The translations under genes were made by a program, and so were the position numbers. A stretch of DNA of 57,266 nucleotides from an uncultured Bacilli bacterium (GTDB taxonomy: Bacteria > Bacillota_I > Bacilli_A > RF39 > UBA660), in contig CANQXW010000004.1 of NCBI GenBank assembly GCA_947627925.1, forward strand, positions 1 through 57,266, in the 5' to 3' direction. Below the pieces are notes generated by a model, which did not search any database, had not been told where the DNA came from, and worked only from the letters and a program-made list of their open reading frames with translations. Below, piece after piece: positions 11,401 to 19,605 of this stretch. How positions within the stretch are numbered: position 1 is the stretch's first letter; each line of letters starts with the position of its first letter.

Positions 11401-11674
11401 CGCGAATATAATCATCCATTATAAAAAATAATAGTTTTTCTTCAAAAATATTTTCTATATTAGAAAGATCATTTTCGGATAAACTAGCAATTACCTCTTG
11501 CATTTGGGGAACAATTAATGAAGAGAATTCATCTAAAGAATATGAGTTTTTAAAGCGTTCATAAAAAGTTTTAATAAAAGAAAAAAAGAAAGATTCTATA
11601 TCATTTAGAGAATATGATTTAAGTTTTGTTAAATTTAAATTTTCCATATCCATCAATCTTTCTTTTAATATCAT
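8495..11674 (-). CDS. rpoD: group-1-like RNA polymerase sigma-70 factor with a long C-terminal extension
   Basis: 1059 aa. Residues ~205-481 carry primary-sigma signatures: '[12 protein letters not shown]', '[13 protein letters not shown]', '[17 protein letters not shown]', '[10 protein letters not shown]', 'IRLPVHVVE' and '[39 protein letters not shown]'. The protein then continues for 578 more residues (see findings). Confidence 0.85.
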   Translation of the reverse strand: MILKERLMDMENLNLTKLKSYSLNDIESFFFSFIKTFYERFKNSYSLDEFSSLIVPQMQEVIASLSENDLSNIENIFEEKLLFFIMDDYIRALQIIMDFIDHNLVIDNVTNSLEKLAKFLEDLQYSPSEEIIIKLFKRNAILNGLFRELVSQHKEEIKNDGIEGVLKEESLLLFLEIYCNINNVEVKDRDYSDEALLKGVWGSSANSLKIYLIEIGNTPLLTMEEEQRLGKILEENPDNMEIRNRFVEANLRLVVWVAKGFIRKYQDQGIDILDLIQEGNLGLIKAVEKYNYKKCYKFSTYATWWIRQSIMRSIADKSRTIRLPVHVVENMRNMNKVEKNLEMKLGRAPTDEELAAEMNIPVSKVKDLKDKSYQMVSLETPIGEDEDSLLIDFIADENELTPEEEVEFIMLQKSISEVLEYLSPKEAEVIKLRFGLEDGKKHTLEYVGKKFGVTRERIRQIEVKALRKLRHPSRAKKLRDFSDSNPQNQPNQSPAQVNGADAYHLVSVRAMEEKRKAERQKLEERAQRGEIEIVEYHTSFTPIKVSIWPNKANQGKYRLENWGKPKISKKGSSPKQATKSKNNIEGSGKMANKVKPIFAYEDFKLYTKEEILWAIDRLPDNYKEIINLSFGSDLEHPVRSPIWRTSHKYQLYSNIYPRIFDLLTTEFGSRDDSSDKITPLNDPALSKYSREEIIEAINYLPTNIKAAMKLKWGDDLEHPIKNSHCSYKDSQLLAKNLNDRLIGIMERLRDGKSVSAYGNLTLPILEMPMFSKYSKEEMLKAVESLGESNKDLIYQRWGRNLDELNAQIWTPSRKRRFSIQIAPLLLKFLNSHREEKEENLETLDVLEDSKEKDLTTNTVQENATIEVVQEESTKVLDTSTSIEELSPDVDEVAPELVSLEESTEVLDDSITIEEPDGAPELVSLEEPVETLDPSILAEEPEPADSERAFEEVTSKTIPDLSDEEMNNIYLKAMELLKISRFRRLLLNETLKDSVIFTFLLVCYMEGKNFNLSRLAEFLNLDEEEAVVSFRHALNMLKISFASFTQDVTNNNTFGRGNRK

Positions 11675-11719
11675 TCCAGTATCACACTATTGAGAATGAA
11701 ACTTTTAAAAATTGCTTCT

Positions 11720-11748
11720 ATAATACCATTTTTAAAATAATTTTACAA
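11720..11748 (-). promoter_or_regulatory. putative sigma-A-type promoter of the large sigma gene
   Basis: Minus strand reads TTGTAA-N17-TATTAT with TGg immediately upstream of the -10 (extended -10), ~40 nt before the ATG at 11674. Confidence 0.4.
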
Positions 11749-11784
11749 TAACTTTTTACCATTTTTTTCTAAAAATTTTCATAA

Positions 11785-12687
11785 TTAGCGATGACGAGTT
11801 AATTCATCTAATGATTTAGAATAATTATTGTTATAGTTTTTTAATCGTTCATTCCTATTTTTTGGAGTATCTATAGATGATTTTTCGGCTTCATAATATT
11901 GATGTAATTTACATAAAGCTCTATGATAATGATAACTTACGGCTTGAATCTTGACATTCAAAATTTGGGCAATTTCCAATAATTTCATTTTTTCATAGCC
12001 AGGAAGACCATAATAATGACCAATGACAAATAATTGTCTAGGAGTTAAAATCTCGTTTAAAGTAGCTTTTAAATGATCGGTGACATCTAAAGATATGACC
12101 TGATCTTCTACTGACTCATCCGGAGAAATTATAGTGGATTCAAAATCTTTACTATCACTATCATCATTAATATTATCATTTATCCGAACACAACCACCGA
12201 TAGCAGTTAAAAGAGATAAGGCCGTATCTTCTTTTATCCCCATACATGTAGCAAATTCTTCAAGACTTGGCTTTCTTTCTAATTTATTTGCTAATTCACG
12301 GTAGACATATTTGGCTTTTTGAAATTTACCATAAATTATACTATTTTTAGGAACTGAAAAATCATAACCCATCGTTTGCACAAATTCCTGTAAATTTCTT
12401 ATTACATATATAGGCATATAAGTTGAAAAACGATATCCAAGACTAGGATTATAATTATTTATAGCTTTAAGTAAACCAATAACAGCTTCTTGAAATAAAT
12501 CTTCATGAGGAATACCAAAAGAAGAAAAACGATAAATACATCTTTCCATAAGCCCTATATTATAACTAATTAAGGCTTCTTGAGCTTCATTATTACCAGC
12601 TTTAGCATTTCGAATTAAAGCTTGCTCTTGTTCTAAAGATAAATCATTTGGCATAGATTTAATTTCTTCATAACTACAACTAGCCAT
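11785..12687 (-). CDS. sigma-70 family RNA polymerase sigma factor (paralog 1)
   Basis: 300 aa. Region 2 is 'DLFQEAVIGLLKAINNYNPSLGYRFSTYMPIYVIRNL', there is a region-3-like 'PSLEEFATCMGI', and the region 4 HTH is 'LTPRQLFVIGHYYGLPGYEKMKLLEIAQILNVKIQAVSYHYHRAL'. Confidence 0.85.
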   Translation of the reverse strand: MASCSYEEIKSMPNDLSLEQEQALIRNAKAGNNEAQEALISYNIGLMERCIYRFSSFGIPHEDLFQEAVIGLLKAINNYNPSLGYRFSTYMPIYVIRNLQEFVQTMGYDFSVPKNSIIYGKFQKAKYVYRELANKLERKPSLEEFATCMGIKEDTALSLLTAIGGCVRINDNINDDSDSKDFESTIISPDESVEDQVISLDVTDHLKATLNEILTPRQLFVIGHYYGLPGYEKMKLLEIAQILNVKIQAVSYHYHRALCKLHQYYEAEKSSIDTPKNRNERLKNYNNNYSKSLDELTRHR

Positions 12688-12714
12688 TTTATCCCCCTCT
12701 TTTCAGTAAGACAT

Positions 12715-12743
12715 ATAATACCACAAAATTGGGGATTTAGCAA
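12715..12743 (-). promoter_or_regulatory. putative sigma-A-type promoter of sigma paralog 1
   Basis: Minus strand reads TTGCTA-N17-TATTAT preceded by TGg (extended -10). The core 'TTTGTGGTATTATATGTC' is shared with the paralog-2 promoter. Confidence 0.5.
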
Positions 12744-12766
12744 ACATTTTCATTAATTTTTGTTAA

Positions 12767-13678
12767 TTAACGATTACGTGTTGATCTATTTAATGATTGA
12801 TAATAACTATCGCTAAAATTTTTTAATTGTTCTTCCCCTTTTTTGGGGTAATCTAAATAAGATGATAATCTTTTTGTTTCATAATAAAGGCGTAATTTAG
12901 TTAAAGCTTTTTTATAATATAAATCGACATTTTGATGCGTTACATGCCACAAACGCGCTATTTCTGATAAGCTCATTTTCTCATAACCTGGAAGGCCAAA
13001 AAAATGGCAAATGATAAATAATTGTTTAGGAGTTAAAATTTTATGTAAAATAGACGTTAAACGTTCAGCTAAATCTAATGCCATGACTTGATCCTCCACT
13101 GATTGTTCCGTACTTGTTAAAAAAGATTCAACATCTTTACTATCATTATCATTCTTAATTTTAGCATTTAGGCGAACGCAACCACCGATAGTAGTTAAAA
13201 GAGATAGGGCGTCATTTTCACTCATATCCATACTGGCAGCAAATTCTTCCAGACTTGGCTTTCTTTTTGAATCAGCTGATAATTCGCGATAGACATATCT
13301 AGCTTTTTGTAATCTCCTATAAACTTCACTACTTTTAGCAACCGAAAAATCATAACCCATTATTTGAACTAGGTCCTCTAAAGCTCTTTTTATATATAAA
13401 CGAACATAAGTGGAAAAACGAAAATCAAGCTCAGGATTATATTTTTCTGTCGCCTTAAGAAGACCAATAACGGCTTCTTGGTATAAATCTTCATAAGGAA
13501 TACCATAAGAAGAAGCAAAATGATAAGCATAATAATTAATAGTCCCCGCATTATAACTTATTAAAGCCTCTTGAGCTTCAGAAATACCCATCGCCGCAGC
13601 CCTTATTAAATTTTTTTCAGCTTCTAAAGATAACGTATTCTCTTGTTGTTTAATTCTCTCATAACTACAACTTGCCAT
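12767..13678 (-). CDS. sigma-70 family RNA polymerase sigma factor (paralog 2)
   Basis: 303 aa, colinear with paralog 1. It has the same 'MASCSYE' N-terminus and the motifs 'EAQEALISYN', 'DLYQEAVIGLLKA', 'MGYDFSV', 'GGCVR' and 'ILTPKQLFIICHFFGLPGYEKMSLSEIA'. Confidence 0.85.
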   Translation of the reverse strand: MASCSYERIKQQENTLSLEAEKNLIRAAAMGISEAQEALISYNAGTINYYAYHFASSYGIPYEDLYQEAVIGLLKATEKYNPELDFRFSTYVRLYIKRALEDLVQIMGYDFSVAKSSEVYRRLQKARYVYRELSADSKRKPSLEEFAASMDMSENDALSLLTTIGGCVRLNAKIKNDNDSKDVESFLTSTEQSVEDQVMALDLAERLTSILHKILTPKQLFIICHFFGLPGYEKMSLSEIARLWHVTHQNVDLYYKKALTKLRLYYETKRLSSYLDYPKKGEEQLKNFSDSYYQSLNRSTRNR

Positions 13679-13705
13679 TATAACCCTTCTTTTTAATTAG
13701 GACAT

Positions 13706-13734
13706 ATAATACCACAAAGTATTTACTTTGGCAA
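13706..13734 (-). promoter_or_regulatory. putative sigma-A-type promoter of sigma paralog 2
   Basis: Minus strand reads TTGCCA-N17-TATTAT with TGg extended -10, the same architecture as 12715..12743. Confidence 0.5.
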
Positions 13735-13743
13735 ATACAACTT

Positions 13744-13769
13744 AATATTGTGAAATATTGTGAAATATT
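13744..13769. repeat. 10-nt tandem direct repeat (aatattgtga x ~2.7) just upstream of the paralog-2 promoter
   Basis: Read directly: 'aatattgtga aatattgtga aatatt'. It lies 10 nt upstream of the -35 on the minus strand. Confidence 0.8.
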
Positions 13770-14103
13770 TGCTTTTCCAAATAATATGTGATAAATTATT
13801 ACTAGATGTAATTGATTGTATTATGAAGAATAATTTATTTAAATAAAATAATTATATAAATGTCTTTTGATGTCATATTTAAAATATTTATAAATGAAGA
13901 TAGTACAACATTAATGCTACTTTGTTTTAATAATCAAAATTGCTATTCTTTAAATTTTTGCAATAGAGAGTATGCAAATTAAACTTTGTATAAAATTCTT
14001 AAAAAACTAATTTAGTCAAAAGCATTAAATAATCAAAATTATCAAAATATATGCCATATGGATAATTATATTAAATTAATATTAGAAGAGGAAGTGATTA
14101 ATT

Positions 14104-14937
14104 GTGAGTGTAATTGCATATTTTGATGAATCTGGAGATGACGGATTAAAAAATTATTCGAGTGAAATTTTTATTTTGACTGCAACGTATATGCATACAA
14201 GTAACTGGCAAGAAAATTATGATAAAATAAAAGAATTTAGACATTCTTTAAAAAAACATTATAATATTCCTATAAAAGAAGAATTCCATGCAGCAAATTT
14301 TTTTACGGATAAAAATCCTTATAGACAATATTCACTATCACCAAATGATAAAAAATTAATAGTCAAAGTATATGCTAAAGTTATTGCAAGTTTAAATATC
14401 AAAGTAATAAATACTATTATTGATAAAGAAAATATAACGAAGTCAGAATATAATGTTTTAAGTAATTCTTTAACTTATACAATTCAGAGAATAGAAAACG
14501 ATAGTAATTGGAAATATATTATTATATCTGACAAAGGAAGAATTCAAATTATGAAAAAAACAGCAAGAGCTATTCGAAATTATAATCCTATAACTTCCAT
14601 GTTTGATGAAAATTTTTACAAAAATTCACCTATAAAAAACATGATAGAAGATATATTAGAAAAGGACTCAAAAGAATCTTATTTTATTCAAGTAAGTGAT
14701 TTTATATCATTTATTATAAATCTTTATTATAAATATTGCGTAAAAAATAAAGAATTGCCAAAAAGAATATCTAGTTGGCTTACTAAAGAAGACATAATTG
14801 AACTTATGAATTTGCTGAAAGATATATTTAATATAAATGCAAGCGCTACCAATGAATATGGTTTAGTAATTTATCCTAAAAAGTTCCAAAAAAAAGGCAC
14901 CACCTTGCCCTCATTCGAGGATGGAGTGGTTCAATAA
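14104..14937 (+). CDS. DUF3800-domain protein
   Basis: 277 aa with a GTG start and a GAGGAAGTGA Shine-Dalgarno. The N-terminal 'VIAYFDESGDDG' is the DUF3800 hallmark. It is one of the few plus-strand genes. Confidence 0.7.
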   Translation: MSVIAYFDESGDDGLKNYSSEIFILTATYMHTSNWQENYDKIKEFRHSLKKHYNIPIKEEFHAANFFTDKNPYRQYSLSPNDKKLIVKVYAKVIASLNIKVINTIIDKENITKSEYNVLSNSLTYTIQRIENDSNWKYIIISDKGRIQIMKKTARAIRNYNPITSMFDENFYKNSPIKNMIEDILEKDSKESYFIQVSDFISFIINLYYKYCVKNKELPKRISSWLTKEDIIELMNLLKDIFNINASATNEYGLVIYPKKFQKKGTTLPSFEDGVVQ

Positions 14938-14972
14938 CATTATATCATAAAAATATAAAAAATTTCAATATA

Positions 14973-15022
14973 ATCATCTCAATATTGTTTTAGCATATGA
15001 TCATCTCAATATTGTTTTAGCA
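14973..15022. repeat. 23-nt direct repeat x2 (atcatctcaatattgttttagca), 27-nt period
   Basis: Exact copies at 14973..14995 and 15000..15022, read directly. Confidence 0.9.
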
Positions 15023-15040
15023 AATATTATCCAACTTCAT

Positions 15041-15078
15041 AATTTTTAATTTCGTGGAATCCTGTGAAATTAAAAATT
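15041..15078. repeat. perfect 13-bp inverted repeat (aatttttaatttc / gaaattaaaaatt) with 12-nt loop
   Basis: Read directly. It lies ~100 nt downstream of the DUF3800 stop and could be its terminator or a protein-binding site. Confidence 0.6.
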
Positions 15079-15191
15079 TGATTATTAACATTTATTTATG
15101 TTTAACTATTAACTTAATTACTAAAATTATTTTATTATATTAAAACTCGAATTTAACAATTTAATTGAAAAACTCGAGTTTTTTATCTATA

Positions 15192-15268
15192 TGGTGTTCT
15201 CGGGGAGAGTTGAACTCCCGACCCACCGCTTAGGAGGCGATTGCTCTATCCAACTGAGCTACGAGAAC
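15192..15268 (-). tRNA. tRNA-Arg (anticodon CCU)
   Basis: The reverse complement is GTTCTCG-TA-GCTC-AGTTGGATA-GAGC-A-ATCGC-CTCCTAA-GCGGT-GGGTC-GGGAG-TTCAACT-CTCCC-CGAGAAC-A-CCA. This gives a complete cloverleaf with anticodon CCT and an encoded CCA. Confidence 0.93.
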
Positions 15269-15293
15269 AAATAAACAAATACATTATACCAAA

Positions 15294-15322
15294 GAAAAAA
15301 GAGAATGAAAATTCCCTTTTTT
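15294..15322 (-). terminator. weak rho-independent terminator after spoVAE
   Basis: Minus strand: AGGGAAT-tttc-ATTCTCT (one mismatch) followed by TTTTTT. An A-run on the other side makes it potentially bidirectional. Confidence 0.35.
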
Positions 15323-15671
15323 AATCTTTTGCTTTAAAAATGAGAGTAAAGACAAAAGAAAAGACGACAACACTAACAATGGCAACACCAGAATTAGAAA
15401 GCATGTTTTGAAATATTCCTAAAGCTCCCGCTTCTTCATAGCCTGCTAAAGCGGAAGAATAAAGCATATGGCCAAAGTTCGAAATCAAAACCGTTGCTCC
15501 GGCTCCACACCAAGCCACAATTTTATCATAGATACCGAAGAATGAAAGGAGAGCTCCGATAACCGTTACACTACTAGTTATGTGACCGGGAGTAAGTTTG
15601 GTATTATCCAGTACTACTTGGCAAATAAGACAAACAAGTCCCGAAAAGAGAAAGGCTTTTAAATAGAGCAT
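15321..15671 (-). CDS. spoVAE: stage V sporulation protein AE (SpoVAEB-type)
   Basis: 116 aa. 'AFLFSGLVCLICQVVLD...TPGH...FGIYDKIVAWCGAGATVLISNFGH' matches the SpoVAE pattern. It follows spoVAD with an overlapping stop/start. Confidence 0.88.
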   Translation of the reverse strand: MLYLKAFLFSGLVCLICQVVLDNTKLTPGHITSSVTVIGALLSFFGIYDKIVAWCGAGATVLISNFGHMLYSSALAGYEEAGALGIFQNMLSNSGVAIVSVVVFSFVFTLIFKAKD

Positions 15672-16645
15672 TATATAACCTCCAAACTAACGGCATGGGC
15701 AATCGCAGGAATAGGACTTTTTTGATTAACAAATGTCTGACTATGTAAAGCACCGGTGCCAATTATTAAAATTTTTTTATATTTCTTATTTTCCAATATT
15801 TTATTAAATAAAACTAAAGGAAGACAAGAAGGTCCAGAGCCACCCGCATAAGTTTCCTGACTTTTAAGATATAACTCACACCCAGCATCTAAATGTTTTT
15901 TTAATTTTAAGCCATAGCGAATAGTACAATATTCTTTAAAAATACTGCCACCAATACAACCTAAATCACCAGTTAAAATTAAATCATAATAATCCGGACT
16001 TCTTTTTAAATCATTTAAATGCTCATATAAGGTTTTGGCTGTGGCAGGAGCCATAACCGCTCCTAAATTATTGGCATCATTAATACCCAATTCTGTAACC
16101 TTTCCTATTGTAGCCGATTCAATTTTGATTTTTTTCATTTCTTTAGATAAAAGGATGCTAATTCCCGCCGTGGCTGTAAATGTTGAAGTATGTGGTCTGG
16201 GACTTCCATATTCAATCGGAAATCGAAATTGTTTTTCCGCCGTTAAGTTATGGCTACTTGTAACACCAATTACTTTTTTTATGCTACTACTATTTAGAAA
16301 CATCGCCCCCACAATTAAAGATTCGGGGAAAGTAGCACAAGCACTATAAATCCCTAAAAGAGAGATGGGTTTATCAATCGCCGCATAATTAGTGGCGGAT
16401 ATTTGATTCAGTAAATCGCCACCAACTAATAAATCGATGTCACTTTCTTTTAATTGATTCTTTTCAATGATTTTATCAATAACTACTTTTTGCATTTTAC
16501 TTTCGGCTTTTTCAAAAGTTTTTTCTCCAAAATAATAATCGTCCATTTTCATATCAAATTTTTTAAGACTACTATTACTTTCTAAAGGACCTGATAAAGT
16601 AACCCAATCATTTAAATAAACATTGTTGAATTTCAAACTAGCCAT
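15671..16645 (-). CDS. spoVAD: stage V sporulation protein AD
   Basis: 324 aa. 'GGDLLNQ', 'TSSHNLTAEKQFRFPIEYGSPRP', 'DLILTGDLG', 'AGGSGPSC' and 'GTGALHS...SPIPAIAHAV' are colinear with B. subtilis SpoVAD. Confidence 0.92.
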   Translation of the reverse strand: MASLKFNNVYLNDWVTLSGPLESNSSLKKFDMKMDDYYFGEKTFEKAESKMQKVVIDKIIEKNQLKESDIDLLVGGDLLNQISATNYAAIDKPISLLGIYSACATFPESLIVGAMFLNSSSIKKVIGVTSSHNLTAEKQFRFPIEYGSPRPHTSTFTATAGISILLSKEMKKIKIESATIGKVTELGINDANNLGAVMAPATAKTLYEHLNDLKRSPDYYDLILTGDLGCIGGSIFKEYCTIRYGLKLKKHLDAGCELYLKSQETYAGGSGPSCLPLVLFNKILENKKYKKILIIGTGALHSQTFVNQKSPIPAIAHAVSLEVI

Positions 16646-17075
16646 ATAAAACCACCTTTAATAAAACTAAAAGAAAAGCACTCACAATTCCATATAAAAT
16701 AACGGAACCCGCTAATTTAAAAACATTTGCTCCAATACCTGTGACTAAACCATCTTTTTTGTAATCTAAAGCCGCACTTTGGATACTATGGGCAAATCCC
16801 GTGGTGGGAATAATAAGTCCACATTTAGCTTTCGAAACTAAATTGTCAAATTTACCAATTGCAGTCATAAATGTTGCCAATAAAATTAGAATAAACGCAA
16901 GCCACGCATAAGAATCAACTCTTGCTAAACCAAAGGAGTTCATTAAAATATTGACAATAACTTCTCCTAGAAAGCCTACCGAACCACCCACTAAAAAAGC
17001 TACTAAAGCATTTCTTAATTTCGGTTCTTTCGGAGACATTTCTTTAACAAGTTTTTGATATTCATCTTTACTCAT
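16638..17075 (-). CDS. spoVAC: stage V sporulation protein AC
   Basis: 145 aa. 'ALVAFLVGGSVGFLGE' and 'TTGFAHSIQSAALDYKKDGLVTGIGANVFKLAGSVI' match SpoVAC. Confidence 0.9.
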   Translation of the reverse strand: MSKDEYQKLVKEMSPKEPKLRNALVAFLVGGSVGFLGEVIVNILMNSFGLARVDSYAWLAFILILLATFMTAIGKFDNLVSKAKCGLIIPTTGFAHSIQSAALDYKKDGLVTGIGANVFKLAGSVILYGIVSAFLLVLLKVVLYG

Positions 17076-17089
17076 TATATCACCATTTA

Positions 17090-17119
17090 TATTATGGTAA
17101 TAATTGGTATAAGTTATGC
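17090..17119 (-). promoter_or_regulatory. possible forespore (sigma-G/F-type) promoter upstream of spoVAC
   Basis: Minus strand reads GCATA-N18-CATAATA, which fits the published SigG consensus GHATR-N18-CATXHTA. Caveat: the -10 ends only ~14 nt before the ATG, so the Shine-Dalgarno would be barely inside the transcript. Confidence 0.3.
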
Positions 17120-17126
17120 AATAATT

Positions 17127-17762
17127 TTAAACATTAAGATAACTTCGCATTTTCTCTAAACTTTTCTTTTCATACCTGGAAACCATTACTTGAGTCATAT
17201 TAAGTTTTCTGGCTACTTCACTTTGCGTTAAGTCTTCATAATAACGCGATCTAATAATCTTCCTTTCTTCATCATTTAAGACTTTAAAACTATCATCAAC
17301 AAGGATTTTGGTATCTAAATCAATACTCTCTCCCACTGTTTCATAAAAACTTCGATCTTCATAAGAAGAATCTAAAGACATAATTTGGGAAGCACTATTA
17401 CAAGCTAAATCAACATCTTCAATACTTAACCCTAATAATTCCGCTAGTTCTAAATTACTTGGTACTTTATTCATACTCTGAGCATATTTATAACGAGCTA
17501 TTTCTAAATTTTTATATAATTTTAAGATATCTTTCCCCACTTTTATATTTCTGTTATTCGCAAGTAAATACATCTCGCCAAAAATATAATCATGAGCATA
17601 AGTTGAAAATTTAGTTTCACTATTAGGTTCATATTTTTTTAAGGCTTTTAAAAGCCCAACAATACCTGCCTGAAATAAATCATTTTTATCAACACCATAA
17701 AAATGACTAGCTATCTTCCAAATCATTTTTTCATTGTCTTTAACTACTTTTTCATAGTTCAT
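17127..17762 (-). CDS. sigF: sporulation-type sigma factor, SigF-like by synteny
   Basis: 211 aa from the ATG at 17762 (GGTG Shine-Dalgarno). 'DLFQAGIVGLLKALKKYEP..ETKFSTYA' is region 2. 'LTQSEVARKLNMTQVMVSRYEKKSLEKMR' is the sporulation-sigma region 4 ('QVxVSRxEKK'). It lies between a STAS gene and spoVA, as does spoIIAC in Bacillus. Confidence 0.75.
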   Translation of the reverse strand: MNYEKVVKDNEKMIWKIASHFYGVDKNDLFQAGIVGLLKALKKYEPNSETKFSTYAHDYIFGEMYLLANNRNIKVGKDILKLYKNLEIARYKYAQSMNKVPSNLELAELLGLSIEDVDLACNSASQIMSLDSSYEDRSFYETVGESIDLDTKILVDDSFKVLNDEERKIIRSRYYEDLTQSEVARKLNMTQVMVSRYEKKSLEKMRSYLNV

Positions 17763-18114
17763 TCTTTGCACCAAAATTTTTCATTATTCGCGTTTCTGAA
17801 GAAAATGTTTTAATACGTAATCTTCTTAATTTTGACTCTAATTCCCTCCTTACATTACAGATAAAAATATTTCCTTTGTAGTTTTTAACAAGACACTTTG
17901 TAAGAATTAAAGCATTTATTCCTGACTCATCAATACTATCTAAATATTTAAAATTATAAATAAGATTCTCTATTTTATGTTTCTTTAATACTGGTACTAA
18001 ATAATTATGAATCTTATAAACAGACCTCTTATTTAAATTTCCCTTTAATCTTACAAAAAGTATTTCTCTCTTATACCTTTTAAACTTCCGATATTCTAAA
18101 TCCATCTTTAACAT
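17752..18114 (-). CDS. spoIIAA: STAS-domain anti-sigma-factor antagonist (SpoIIAA-like)
   Basis: ~120 aa from the ATG at 18114 (AGGTGA Shine-Dalgarno). 'ILFVRLKGNLN...LDSIDESGINALIL' fits the STAS fold with a Ser in the DxSG-like loop. Its stop overlaps the sigma-gene start by 11 nt. Confidence 0.55.
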   Translation of the reverse strand: MLKMDLEYRKFKRYKREILFVRLKGNLNKRSVYKIHNYLVPVLKKHKIENLIYNFKYLDSIDESGINALILTKCLVKNYKGNIFICNVRRELESKLRRLRIKTFSSETRIMKNFGAKNEL

Positions 18115-18315
18115 ATATTCACCTGCTACTTTAATATAGTGCAATTTTTTAATTTTTTAAACAGATTCGACAAAGGTTAGCATATGTTATAAAAATCCGA
18201 CAAAATTAAACAAAATATACTTACATATAAAAAATGAATAAAGTCCAATCATTAATAGTACTTTATTCATAATTAGTTTATCTATATTCAATTTTTTAGT
18301 TTTTAAAAATATTCG

Positions 18316-19593
18316 TTATTCAGGAGAAATTATATATGGAGTATTTATATCGCCGTTGCCGCCTGTAATTTTTATATCGGACCTAAGATAGAAGACCGGA
18401 CGAACCGCACCCGTACCGTCCAAAGCCTTGCCGAAGGTTACAGACCCGCTACTATCCACAGACCACGCATAGTAATAGCCGTTGTTGTACCAACCATACC
18501 TGGTCATCGTCCATTCATGATCCGTTGTTGGTTGGGAAACTCCTGATGGAGTATTATTTGCTCCATTTAAGCCATTTTGTATAAATAACCAATTGTTTGT
18601 ATCTTCACTACTGGCATATAAATAATCACTTGCATACATTAACCCTATTTTGGCATTATCAATACTCTTTGTTCTTTCATTTTGAAATAATGTTGGGTTA
18701 CTACTTGATGTTGTATCTCCCATATAATATTTTGGCGTATCTATTAATTTGGTCCATGTTTCTTCTTGCATGTAACTATATTTGTCATTTTCGATGAATA
18801 TAGGGTTACCATTTGAAGTTGTTCCATTTAATCTCTTATATAAATCTGAATTTGGCCAAGTGATATTTGATGTATACTTATTATTCCATGCAAAATCACC
18901 ATATGAACCTGTTCCTCCTGCTAATTTTGTGGCCTTTATTACTTTTAATCTTCCGGCTGTATCTATCCCGATTATTCTATACATATATGTATCCATATTA
19001 TCTTTACAATCTTTTTGACTATTTGTTCCAAAACATATAAAGTTATCTGTTACTTCATCTTTTGTTCCTGTAAATCTCCTTAAGTCATCTTTTTTAGTGC
19101 CTATTGTTTCATTTCTTATACATAATTCTATCTCCGACTCTAAAGTTCCTTCTAACATTCCTTCTATTACTGTTCTTCCAGAATTTTGTTCAATCAATCC
19201 AGCTGATCCGCCAAACGTTCCTGGTTTAGTCGGGGGTGTTTCTGGTGCCTTTCCAAAATATAATGAACAATATACAGTTTTATTTGAGGTTATGATGGCT
19301 GTATGACTGGCATTATCAAATGATAATACTTCTTCAGCGGGTACTTCAACATGATTTCCATAATAACATTCTGCTTTCTCATATTCTTTGTCTGTTGGCC
19401 ATGAAGTCATCCCTTCTTGTAATTCGCCATCTATATAATAGGCTAATGTACTTTTGGTTTTTATATTTTCATTATAACTTACTTTTGTTATATCTTTATC
19501 TCTATTAGCAAATGATCTAAATGTTAAATACATTATTGGTATTTCTATTATTAATAACGTTATTAATATAATTTTATATACTTTTCTCTTCAT
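18316..19593 (-). CDS. membrane-anchored/secreted hypothetical protein (C-terminal DUF6273-like region)
   Basis: 425 aa with an N-terminal TM/signal anchor 'IILITLLIIEIPIMYL'. The C-terminal 'WPNSDLYKRLNG...IGLMYASDYLYA...GAVRPVFYL' resembles the DUF6273-type extracellular domain (recognition by eye only). Confidence 0.55.
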   Translation of the reverse strand: MKRKVYKIILITLLIIEIPIMYLTFRSFANRDKDITKVSYNENIKTKSTLAYYIDGELQEGMTSWPTDKEYEKAECYYGNHVEVPAEEVLSFDNASHTAIITSNKTVYCSLYFGKAPETPPTKPGTFGGSAGLIEQNSGRTVIEGMLEGTLESEIELCIRNETIGTKKDDLRRFTGTKDEVTDNFICFGTNSQKDCKDNMDTYMYRIIGIDTAGRLKVIKATKLAGGTGSYGDFAWNNKYTSNITWPNSDLYKRLNGTTSNGNPIFIENDKYSYMQEETWTKLIDTPKYYMGDTTSSSNPTLFQNERTKSIDNAKIGLMYASDYLYASSEDTNNWLFIQNGLNGANNTPSGVSQPTTDHEWTMTRYGWYNNGYYYAWSVDSSGSVTFGKALDGTGAVRPVFYLRSDIKITGGNGDINTPYIISPE

Positions 19594-19605
19594 TTTCTTT
19601 CTCCT

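Noticed and set aside
13679-15268. Integrated prophage/ICE at tRNA-Arg
   Set aside because: There is no integrase, no recombinase and no second copy of the tRNA 3' end in the window. Only a single cargo-like gene is present, so it is reported only as a possible remnant.
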